Assembly: GCA_036337435.1 (NCBI GenBank)
Contig: JAYZEG010000002.1
Location: forward strand, 1-62,202
Reading direction: 5' to 3'
DNA from: Myxococcota bacterium
Lineage (GTDB): Bacteria > Myxococcota_A > Bradymonadia > UBA7976 > UBA1532
Length of the DNA: 62,202 nt
Below the pieces are notes generated by a model. It did no database searches, had not been told where the DNA came from, and saw only the letters and a list, made by a program, of their open reading frames with translations. Positions within the stretch are counted from its first letter, which is position 1; each line of letters starts with the position of its first letter. A program made the position numbers and the translations under genes. Positions 1-8,190 of the stretch are shown here, piece by piece.

Positions 1-152
1 TGCCCTTGATTGGCGGCAGTGAAAAATACGCACGGGTCCCGGCCATGGGCCAAGCCATCCATGATGCACTGGCGCTTCTAGAGCGACGCAAATTGGACAT
101 CGACGTCGTCATCGCGCTCGGTGAAGGCCACCACTTCAGACAGTCGTTGTGA
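1..152 (+). CDS. 3' end of a gene truncated by the window; possibly the C-terminus of a macro-domain-like protein
   Basis: Frame 3 is open from the window start to TGA at 150-152 (PLIGGSEKYARVPAMGQAIHDALALLERRKLDIDVVIAL...). The P-L-I-G-G, helix, beta-strand pattern resembles macro-domain C-termini and the end of 6948..7481. Confidence 0.4.
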   Translation, partial: PLIGGSEKYARVPAMGQAIHDALALLERRKLDIDVVIALGEGHHFRQSL

Positions 153-262
153 TCCGAGTCCTGCAGCCTTTCCGAAGTCGGCGATATTGACAAAGACCCG
201 CCGATGCCATGCTAATAGGGATTGGTGGGGTATTCGTCCCGATAGGTAGAGAAGGGCTCAAC

Positions 263-1987
263 ATGAATAGTCGATCCAAATTGATGACAAAGTGCCTGGT
301 ATTGGCCTTTTCTGCATGTACTGCCTGTAGCGATCCGGCAGCCCCCACGACAGGGGGGTCATCTGCGGATGCGGGCATCAATGCCGACCGCGGTCTACAA
401 ATTGATGCGGCAGCCGAAGGAGACATGAACATCCCAATCATTGACTCAAGCATCGACGCGGAAGATGCCATGCCCGATGCTGTGGTCGAAATGGTTGATG
501 CTGCGGTGAATGTCGACGCAGGCCCCAGTCTGGACGACTACATTCGCATGTTCGGTACACTGCCATCCGAGGAACCCAGCAAACTGGAAAGAGAAGCAGG
601 CGACTCTTTCGAAGAAGGCGATTATCGATGCACAACGCGGCAAGTCACCGAAACACAGCGACACGAACAATTGGTCGCCTATCAGACCAACTCGGAAGCA
701 TTGTGGCCTGGGGCTTTGGTCCGAGGTAATGCCATAGCAGATGGTCTCTTGACTCAAGCCGTCTTGGACCGAGCACCACTGGACTTTTCTGTCTCGCTGC
801 AAAATCTAGCAGGTGATAATTCAGGGCGAATGGAGGCACCGTCGCTCTCGCAATATCGAAATGAAATACAGCGAATTTTATCAGCAGGCGTTGAGGGGGC
901 TACACCCGCATTCATTTTTTCCGAGATCGAAGAGATCCACTCGGAAGCACATCTTGGCATAAGTTTGGGACTTAACGTGGCTGGGTTGACGGGCATGGTC
1001 GCATCATCGTTCGATTTCCAGGATAATTCCAAACGCAGTCGCTTTCTCATCAATTTCGTCCAGGCCTATTACACCGTCGATGTAGACCCACCGGCATCAC
1101 CCAGTGGATTTTTTGCGCCCGGTGTCTCCATGGATGATGTGTTTGACGCTTTTGGCGGTCCTGATGGAGGTCCACCTCTCTATGTCTCGTCCATTACTTA
1201 TGGTCGCCGAGTTATTTTCACGGCCGAATCTAATGTTTCCATGAGCGAACTCAGGTCAGCACTGGAGTTTGCCTACAGCGGTGGCGTCGTCGACGTCGAC
1301 GGCTCTGTGTCATTGACCAATCGTGAGGTTCTTCAAACAGCCTCGATGACCGCATTTATACTGGGGGGCAGTGGTGAACAAGCCGTCCAAGCCATCAACG
1401 GTCTCGATGATCTAAGAGAGTTTATTCAGAGTGGAGGCAATTACTCCGCAGACTCGCCGGGCGCACCCATCGCGTACAAGCTGGCTCACCTGGCCGATAA
1501 TTCACTGGCCCGGATGTCGTATACAACAGACTACGATGTCAAAGAATGCGAACGGGTGAGCCAACGGGTGCTCGTCACACTCGACAGCATCACCACCACC
1601 GATGGCGGTAACCAAGTCCGTATTTACGGCGACGTTACAGCGCGGGCCAACGATCGAAACGGTCAGCAAAATGAAGTCGATCTCTTCGATGTGGACCGCA
1701 GCGATGCCTTTGAACTCGACGAAGGCGACACATGGCCGCCTCAGGGGACCGGCAACGAAGGGGTCTTGAACGTCAGTCCCAGAAATGGCGAGGCGATTCG
1801 ATTAAGAGTGCGCTTGCATGACCGAGATTTCCCCAATGATGACGATGCAAACGCGACCGTTGACCTGGCTTTCGAGGGCGGTTGGCGACATGAGTGCGAC
1901 GGACCTAGAAACGGCGGTCGCTTGGTCAACACAGACGGTCGCCGAGTACGCTATGCGGTCCGATTCTGTATCCGGCCCATCCCCTGA
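263..1987 (+). CDS. Thiol-activated cytolysin family (CDC-like, CDCL) pore-forming lipoprotein
   Basis: Motifs LWPGAL, QAYYTVDVD...YVSSITYGR (CDC F/Y-F/Y-Xn-YGR signature), ILGGS diglycine and PIAYKL. N-terminal lipobox-like ACTAC followed by an acidic linker. ATG 263 preferred over 209. Confidence 0.88.
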   Translation: MNSRSKLMTKCLVLAFSACTACSDPAAPTTGGSSADAGINADRGLQIDAAAEGDMNIPIIDSSIDAEDAMPDAVVEMVDAAVNVDAGPSLDDYIRMFGTLPSEEPSKLEREAGDSFEEGDYRCTTRQVTETQRHEQLVAYQTNSEALWPGALVRGNAIADGLLTQAVLDRAPLDFSVSLQNLAGDNSGRMEAPSLSQYRNEIQRILSAGVEGATPAFIFSEIEEIHSEAHLGISLGLNVAGLTGMVASSFDFQDNSKRSRFLINFVQAYYTVDVDPPASPSGFFAPGVSMDDVFDAFGGPDGGPPLYVSSITYGRRVIFTAESNVSMSELRSALEFAYSGGVVDVDGSVSLTNREVLQTASMTAFILGGSGEQAVQAINGLDDLREFIQSGGNYSADSPGAPIAYKLAHLADNSLARMSYTTDYDVKECERVSQRVLVTLDSITTTDGGNQVRIYGDVTARANDRNGQQNEVDLFDVDRSDAFELDEGDTWPPQGTGNEGVLNVSPRNGEAIRLRVRLHDRDFPNDDDANATVDLAFEGGWRHECDGPRNGGRLVNTDGRRVRYAVRFCIRPIP

Positions 1988-2098
1988 AGCCGGACAATAA
2001 TTCCTCCTGCATGGAACCCCAATTCAACCGGGGTGTCCCACAAAGGTAAGACCGCCTAATCAGGCGGCCCCACCTCATGCAAAATTCAGGAGAATGAT

Positions 2099-5000
2099 AT
2101 GACCCGCGCTTCGGTCCACCGCCCCTATGCTCTGCTTTTCTTGCTCTCCTTTGGCTGCACGGTAAAACATCAAAATAAACCGGGTGACGATGGGACCCCG
2201 TCGCCATCAGAGGCTTTTCCAAAACAGGTCAAGCTCACCGAGTCAGCCCATCCGCTCGGGTCGGACCAAGTCCAAGATACACCAGAGCTCAGTGGTTTTT
2301 TCCAACCGGGTAATTTTGGTGTTCTGACAGTGCCGACTCAAGACGGTCGACGTGCGCTGCTGACCATCAAATCCACTGATGTCAAAGTCCAGATAGAAGG
2401 TCGACTGGCCAAGACGGTGGTCACTCAAGTGTTCCAAAATCACCAGACTCAACAAACGGAAGGCACCTATCAATTCACGCTGCCGGCCGATGCGGCCATC
2501 AGCCGCCTCGCCATGGATGTTGAGGGTAAAATGATGGAAGGTGAGCTTGTTGAGCGCGCGCGGGCAAGACAAATTTACGAAGAAATTGTCAGCAAACGAA
2601 AAGATCCCGCCCTGCTCGAATGGCAGGGCGGGAATCGTTTTCAAACCCAGATCTTCCCCATTCCAGCGAATGGTACGAAGACGGTTATTCTTGCGTACGA
2701 GCAGATCATCCCAAAACGCCACGGCGGACTTCAGTACCGCTATGGGCTGCCGAATCTCGAGGGCCAGACACAGGGCAGCCTCATGGATCACTTCAGCTTT
2801 CATCTACAAGCGAGGCTTTTGGGCCGACCCACGGCAAATGGCTACCCGTTGAAAACAGAGACTGCAAACGGTGCCCATACGCTTCGCTATGAAACAGAAA
2901 ACTTTAGACCGTCGGGTCCAATTGACATCGCTTTTAAAGATGGAGCCAATATGGAGACCTATGTAGCCCATGCACGCTATCCCAAAGAAAACTTCTTCCT
3001 CATCGATTTCATGCCGGACCTGGAACCCGAAACCGAGGCGATTGCGACAGAAAGCCTCTTTGTTGTCGATAGTTCGGCAAGCATTGGTCGCGTCGAACTC
3101 GGCCGTATCAAAGCCCTAGTCAAAGCCTTGATAAGTCGCCTCCCGAAAGGCCACAAAGTAAACGTCATCTCTGGCGACGTCGACACACAAGCATGCTTTG
3201 CGAAAAGTCTGGTCCCAAAGACCGACAGTCAACTGGACCAATGCCTAAACTCAATTTCGGCAGGGGGTGGGACTGACTTAGGCAAGATGCTTGAGAGCAG
3301 CCTCAAGGTCCGCTCACCCAATACCGTGAAGCGAGTCATTTTGCTCAGCGATGGCAGTCCATCTTTGGGCGAGCTGGATGCCGATTTGCTAAAAGCCTTG
3401 GTGGAAAAGCAGACTGATACCTTGCCCATGACCTTGACCACCATTGCTGTCGGCCACGCACCAGATATGGACTTTCTCGACAGTCTCGCGGTGGCCGGGT
3501 CCGGCCATGCTCTTCGTCTCACGCCAGGAGATGATATCGCTGAGGCAGCAATCACCCTCAGCGGTCTAATTGCACAGCCACTCCTTACAGACATACAAGT
3601 GACATCAGATAAACGGGTGGAGGGACTTACCCCAAGGCGAAAAACTCGTTTGGCTCGCGGGGGCGCTCTGGCCATCATGGGCCGCTTAGACGAAGGGCCA
3701 GCCCAGATCAGAGTCAATGGCAATTATCGTGGCAAACCCTTCGAGAAGACATTCGTCGTCAAACCAGACAGCGGTGCGACCAGTAACTTGCTTCGTAATT
3801 TCTGGGCTCGTGCTGTCATCGGCGCGATGCAAGATGAACAGATAAACCGGACCAAGGTGGTCAAAACATCCATTCATTACGGTGTCATGAGTCGGTACAC
3901 CTCGTTTCTGGTCCTGGAGTCAGACGAGGCGTATAAGCGGTTTAGCGTCACCCGCAGAAAAGAGCAGGCCCGGTTGCAACAGATAGCCAATGCAAAGGCC
4001 TTGAAGAAAACCGATAAATCCCTCGCTCAGGTGATCGACTCTCAGTCCACTGCATCATTAAGTCGTCCTGAAGAAGAAGAAAGCCAACTTGGTGGAGAAG
4101 ACCGAGCGCAAGCTCAAGCTCAACCCGCCCCTGCCCGGATTGCATCGGACCGGTCTGACAGCGCACAGGAGAGAGCACGGGAAAAGGCAAAGCAATTAAG
4201 GCGGATGCAAACCAGTGTGGCTAATAAGACCATACTTCGCTTTATCGCTGTCGAGGATGATGAGGCTGGCAGCAATCTTGACACGCTTACCGAGGTTTCT
4301 GGGGAAAACATCATCGAGGCCTTTTCCGGCCAAGGCGGGGTTAGGCAGACAGCACCAGCAGGCCGAGGGCGGGATCGGCGAGTTCCCCGTTTGCACCGAA
4401 AGCACAGCCCCATCGATGGTGTTCGTAAAAGTAGAGAGATGCGTCTGAGGGGCGTTGTCAAATTTCGGCGTGCCAGCTCTGTGACGGGGCGCGGTACTCT
4501 TGAAAAGGCAACCATCGTCCGAGTGGTACGGCGTCGACAAGGTGCGATACGACGCTGCTATGAAAAACAGCTCCAGAACAACCCTGGGCTCTCAGGCCGT
4601 GTCAAAGCCCAACTCACCATTGCTGAGACTGGGCGGGTTACCTCGACACGCATCCAGAAAAACACCACTGGGAGTGAGGTACTTGGCTCATGCATTTCCA
4701 GGCTTATGAAGCGCTGGAGATTCCCTAAGCCGGAAGGCGGCAGTGTGACCGTCGCGTTCCCCTTTGCTTTTTTACCAGCCGATGCAGGAACGGCGATGCA
4801 GGCAGAAATGGAACAGATTCGCTCGCTTGAGCAAAGCCTAGAGACACTCAAACCCGGACAGACAGCCAAGCTACTGTCACTCTACGGACGGCATAAGCAA
4901 ACGGAGAAATTTGGCAGATTGCTAAACCGGTGGCAGAAAATCACTGCAAAGGACCGCAGATTTGATGACCTCTGGTTCCCGTTATCGAAAATCAAGCGGA

Positions 5001-6253
5001 CAAGGGCCATTGAAAAGGTGTTCGTCAAATTATCAAGGGAACTTTTGAACGATCCGAAGCACGCTGCTGTGGTGGGTCAACACCTGGCCAAACACTACGC
5101 CAACCGGTCGCAGTGGACGAAATTGCGGCAGGTGCTCAAACGCGTTCGCCTCGACCCCCCGACCCACAGTCGCATCTTGCTTGAAGCGCAAGCAGACCAA
5201 AGGCATTTTAAGACCTTGGTCGACGACCTATTGACATCATCACTTCATGACAACGCCACGCGCTACCAAATCCTTACCATCAACGCTCAATTGAAATCGA
5301 GGGTACCCGATGCCCTTAGACAAATTGCACATGCGCTGCTCGTCTCAGGAGACCTGCGTCCAGAGGTCATGGATGACCTGTTGTCCGTCGTTAAGAAAGG
5401 TCAAGTGAGTACAGATGTCGCTGAATTAGTCATTAAACGCTGTCCAAAAGACACGCGAGAACTACACCGTTGCCAAGAGTGGTTAGCGCGTTTGAATGAG
5501 CAAAAACGGGTGCGTGAACACCTGATTGAACTCACTGAAGAATCCTTGCGCCGAATCAGGAAACAGCGTCTACACGATGCAGCCAACCCAAACTTGATCG
5601 AAGCCTACGTGAACATCCTCGAAATAAGAGCCGAAAAACAGCGGGCAGCGCGTATCTTAAGCGAGATTGTCGAGTTTGCACCCCACGATTACGGGGCTAG
5701 ACAACGCTATGCAAAGGCGTTGGCCAAGCGACAGGACTATACGGGGTCATGCGAGCAATTGGCCGCAGCCGTGCAATTAAACCCAGCAAAGCGAGACACC
5801 TTTAGGTCTATGATGGCCCTGCGCCGTCAGCAGACTGAGCTGGGCAGGGAAATCAATGCCTGTATCGTCAATGGTGTCTCCAAACTGCCGGTGACCAGGG
5901 ATGTATCCATTGTACTGACGTGGGATGACCCCAAGGCGGATGTCGACCTACATGTCCATGAGGCCAACGGGACTCATGTCTCATTTAGGAATCGACGCCC
6001 AACCAACGGAGGTTTTCTGTACTACGATATCACCGATGGATACGGACCAGAGATCTACGTCCTTAGCCAAGGACAACGCGGCCAGTATCGACTCGGAGTT
6101 GTGTACTACGCTGGCAAATCGCCAACCGTCAGCGGTGAGCTCACGATTATCCGTCAAGCTGGCTCTCCATCGGAGACGAGAGAAGTCAGACCATTTGTCT
6201 TGTCCGGACCCAGGGCGACAGAAGAGCTACCTCTAGGCACATTTACACTCTAA
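2099..6253 (+). CDS. Lipoprotein with VIT, vWA, AgmX/PglI-type TonB-C, TPR and DUF2135/YfaP-like domains
   Basis: Lipobox LSFGC. VIT motifs (EGTYQFTLP, ARQIYEEIV..DPALLEW). MIDAS DSSAS, GGTD, LSDG. IRRCYE..L...P.L.G.V...RWRFPKP module. C-terminal LTWD..ADVDLHV..DITDGYGPE. AGGAG RBS. Confidence 0.85.
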   Translation: MTRASVHRPYALLFLLSFGCTVKHQNKPGDDGTPSPSEAFPKQVKLTESAHPLGSDQVQDTPELSGFFQPGNFGVLTVPTQDGRRALLTIKSTDVKVQIEGRLAKTVVTQVFQNHQTQQTEGTYQFTLPADAAISRLAMDVEGKMMEGELVERARARQIYEEIVSKRKDPALLEWQGGNRFQTQIFPIPANGTKTVILAYEQIIPKRHGGLQYRYGLPNLEGQTQGSLMDHFSFHLQARLLGRPTANGYPLKTETANGAHTLRYETENFRPSGPIDIAFKDGANMETYVAHARYPKENFFLIDFMPDLEPETEAIATESLFVVDSSASIGRVELGRIKALVKALISRLPKGHKVNVISGDVDTQACFAKSLVPKTDSQLDQCLNSISAGGGTDLGKMLESSLKVRSPNTVKRVILLSDGSPSLGELDADLLKALVEKQTDTLPMTLTTIAVGHAPDMDFLDSLAVAGSGHALRLTPGDDIAEAAITLSGLIAQPLLTDIQVTSDKRVEGLTPRRKTRLARGGALAIMGRLDEGPAQIRVNGNYRGKPFEKTFVVKPDSGATSNLLRNFWARAVIGAMQDEQINRTKVVKTSIHYGVMSRYTSFLVLESDEAYKRFSVTRRKEQARLQQIANAKALKKTDKSLAQVIDSQSTASLSRPEEEESQLGGEDRAQAQAQPAPARIASDRSDSAQERAREKAKQLRRMQTSVANKTILRFIAVEDDEAGSNLDTLTEVSGENIIEAFSGQGGVRQTAPAGRGRDRRVPRLHRKHSPIDGVRKSREMRLRGVVKFRRASSVTGRGTLEKATIVRVVRRRQGAIRRCYEKQLQNNPGLSGRVKAQLTIAETGRVTSTRIQKNTTGSEVLGSCISRLMKRWRFPKPEGGSVTVAFPFAFLPADAGTAMQAEMEQIRSLEQSLETLKPGQTAKLLSLYGRHKQTEKFGRLLNRWQKITAKDRRFDDLWFPLSKIKRTRAIEKVFVKLSRELLNDPKHAAVVGQHLAKHYANRSQWTKLRQVLKRVRLDPPTHSRILLEAQADQRHFKTLVDDLLTSSLHDNATRYQILTINAQLKSRVPDALRQIAHALLVSGDLRPEVMDDLLSVVKKGQVSTDVAELVIKRCPKDTRELHRCQEWLARLNEQKRVREHLIELTEESLRRIRKQRLHDAANPNLIEAYVNILEIRAEKQRAARILSEIVEFAPHDYGARQRYAKALAKRQDYTGSCEQLAAAVQLNPAKRDTFRSMMALRRQQTELGREINACIVNGVSKLPVTRDVSIVLTWDDPKADVDLHVHEANGTHVSFRNRRPTNGGFLYYDITDGYGPEIYVLSQGQRGQYRLGVVYYAGKSPTVSGELTIIRQAGSPSETREVRPFVLSGPRATEELPLGTFTL

Positions 6254-6413
6254 TCGGCGACGTATCAGCGCGTGACAGACGTCAAGACTCTTGTGCGGCA
6301 CGCCAGTTGACCACAACCGGTTTTTATTGCTTTAACATCACCGCTTAGGGTCCGCCCGTTGCGCCAAACCTAGTTTTTTGGAAAACTGCTCCGCGAAGGA
6401 GCCTGCTCACACC

Positions 6414-6872
6414 ATGGATCAATGGACCCAATTCAAGCTTCGCCACGAGCAGCTCTTTGAGCGCGCTCTACTGGAGCTTAAAGACGGTAAGAAAAAGAGC
6501 CATTGGATCTGGTTTATTTTCCCCCAACTGGACGGGCTCGGAAGAAGTGCCATGGCGAAACAATTCGCACTCGAGTGTCCAGAAGACGCTGTTGATTTCT
6601 TAGAGCACCCCGTTCTGGGTGCTCATTATCTTGAGGCTGTTTCGGTACTTGCTAAGCAAAGTCAGTCGGGAACACAACCACTCAGAGATATTTTCGGTGC
6701 ACTTGACAGGCTTAAAGTCTGTTCATCGCTCACACTCTTTGAATGGGCATCAACTCAAACCAGTGACCCAAAAAGCGCAGTATTAACCAGACTCTGCCAG
6801 GATATATTCAGACGCTGTCCGGATGCCAAACGGTGTGCCTTCACGCTGCAGAAATTGACCGAATTGAATTGA
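6414..6872 (+). CDS. DUF1810 family protein
   Basis: ALLELKDGKKKSHWIWFIFPQLDGLGRS...HPVLG...IFG..D.LK..SSLTLF signature. AAGGAG upstream of ATG 6414. Confidence 0.85.
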   Translation: MDQWTQFKLRHEQLFERALLELKDGKKKSHWIWFIFPQLDGLGRSAMAKQFALECPEDAVDFLEHPVLGAHYLEAVSVLAKQSQSGTQPLRDIFGALDRLKVCSSLTLFEWASTQTSDPKSAVLTRLCQDIFRRCPDAKRCAFTLQKLTELN

Positions 6873-6947
6873 GGCATGACCGGCACTCGGATATGCAGTG
6901 TGATGATGCCAGATAACCTGTCCAAAGATAGACCGAGGGGGTAGACC

Positions 6948-7481
6948 TTGAAGATTTGTCTTCACTATGGAGATATTTTCGATGTGAAAGACGCGGATAC
7001 CATCGCTCTGCCCATAGATGGTTTGGAGCCAGGCCTAGAGGGTCGTATCGCACATCAATTGCTTAAACGTATCGGCGAGACCTCATTGGACGCCATCTAC
7101 GATCGTCCGGCTCAGTATCCCTTCAATGGTCGAGCCCATTGGAGTTCTCTAAAGAGTTTTGACCAGGTTCATTTTCAATGGTTGTGCGCCTTGGGGACCG
7201 GGATTCGAAGTTCATCAGGGATAGGCTCCGATTCAACACCTCGGCCCAATCAAAAACAACTGGCTAGAGGGGCATTGTCACACATGTTTGCCCAAGGTCA
7301 CGTTGGCCATCTTGGCCGGCGGATCGCCTGTCCTCTTCTCTCCGGTGGTGGTCGAATTTCATCCATAGACGCAGCGTATCTGCTGCTGGATGTAGCCGGT
7401 CACGAACGCAGTGATATCGAGCTGCATGTCGCTGAGAATCGGCAAGATGTATATGAAATGGTCAGACCGATTTTAGGATAA
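6948..7481 (+). CDS. Divergent macro-domain-like protein
   Basis: N-terminal LHYGDIFDVKDADTIALP and C-terminal RIACPLLSGGG match the macro-fold pattern. The canonical NAAN/GGGV loops are altered. Confidence 0.6.
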   Translation: MKICLHYGDIFDVKDADTIALPIDGLEPGLEGRIAHQLLKRIGETSLDAIYDRPAQYPFNGRAHWSSLKSFDQVHFQWLCALGTGIRSSSGIGSDSTPRPNQKQLARGALSHMFAQGHVGHLGRRIACPLLSGGGRISSIDAAYLLLDVAGHERSDIELHVAENRQDVYEMVRPILG

Positions 7482-7506
7482 GGTCTGTCTGATTTTGGCT
7501 AAGTAA

Positions 7507-7538
7507 CGGTGCGCCCGTTGCAATCACTTGGCGCACCG
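7507..7538. terminator. Hairpin between convergent genes, probable bidirectional terminator
   Basis: Perfect 9-bp inverted repeat CGGTGCGCC (7507-7515) / GGCGCACCG (7530-7538) between two convergent stop codons. Confidence 0.55.
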
Positions 7539-7560
7539 AGTTAGTTACGAGGCGACTCGC

Positions 7561-7893
7561 TTAGGACCGGCTGTCAAAAACCAAGGTCGGCATCGGTGGT
7601 GGTGGTGCATCTGCGTCCAGCCCATGAACTTCCTTTGCAAAGCTTGCAAAGTCTGCATCCATCTCACTCATAATTTTGCCAAAACTCTCGGCCGGATTGT
7701 CCCCTTCAAAGGTAAGAATGACGAAATCACCGTGTGGAGTCTCTTGAAGAAAGCTTCGCTCATGCACACCCGCGTTTTCCCGAGAGGCCTTGAATTCTTC
7801 ACCCATCGGGCCTTTCGTCACTTTGTCCATCATGTCCAGCCACATTTGCTTCTTGCCGGGTAGAATCGGCATGCACATCGCGATCATTGCCAT
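7561..7893 (-). CDS. Small hypothetical protein (110 aa), possibly a dimeric alpha/beta-barrel fold
   Basis: AGGAG RBS before ATG 7893. PILPGK...ERSFLQETPHGDFVILTFEG pattern. The longer 8049 start was rejected. Confidence 0.7.
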   Translation of the reverse strand: MAMIAMCMPILPGKKQMWLDMMDKVTKGPMGEEFKASRENAGVHERSFLQETPHGDFVILTFEGDNPAESFGKIMSEMDADFASFAKEVHGLDADAPPPPMPTLVFDSRS

Positions 7894-8140
7894 TGTAACG
7901 CTCCTAAATGAATTGTTTGTACGCATGCCGAGGAATGGCATCCTGAGCTGCGGGGACAGCATAACAGAGACAATCGCCCACGTGTCAGGTGAAAGTGTCT
8001 GGGAACAAAAAAACACGACCATCACGCGTGCCGCCGAAATACTGTTCACGCCAATAGGCTTGGGCGTCTCTATGTGTCGTTAAAACCGCGTTTTTTGGAC
8101 GGGGCTTGTCCATAGACTGAAGTAAGTGACGGTGAGAGGA

Positions 8141-8177
8141 AAATGATGGCCACTCCCCAGGGTAGAGAGTGGTCATC
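8141..8177 (-). terminator. Rho-independent terminator after the 834-aa gene
   Basis: Minus-strand hairpin GATGACCACTCTC...GGGGAGTGGCCATC followed by ATTTT, just downstream of the stop at 8191. Confidence 0.6.
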
Positions 8178-8190
8178 TGAGCCGATGGGT

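Noticed and set aside
2052..2067. CCGCCT-AATC-AGGCGG hairpin as a terminator
   Set aside because: Only a 6-bp stem with no U-tract.
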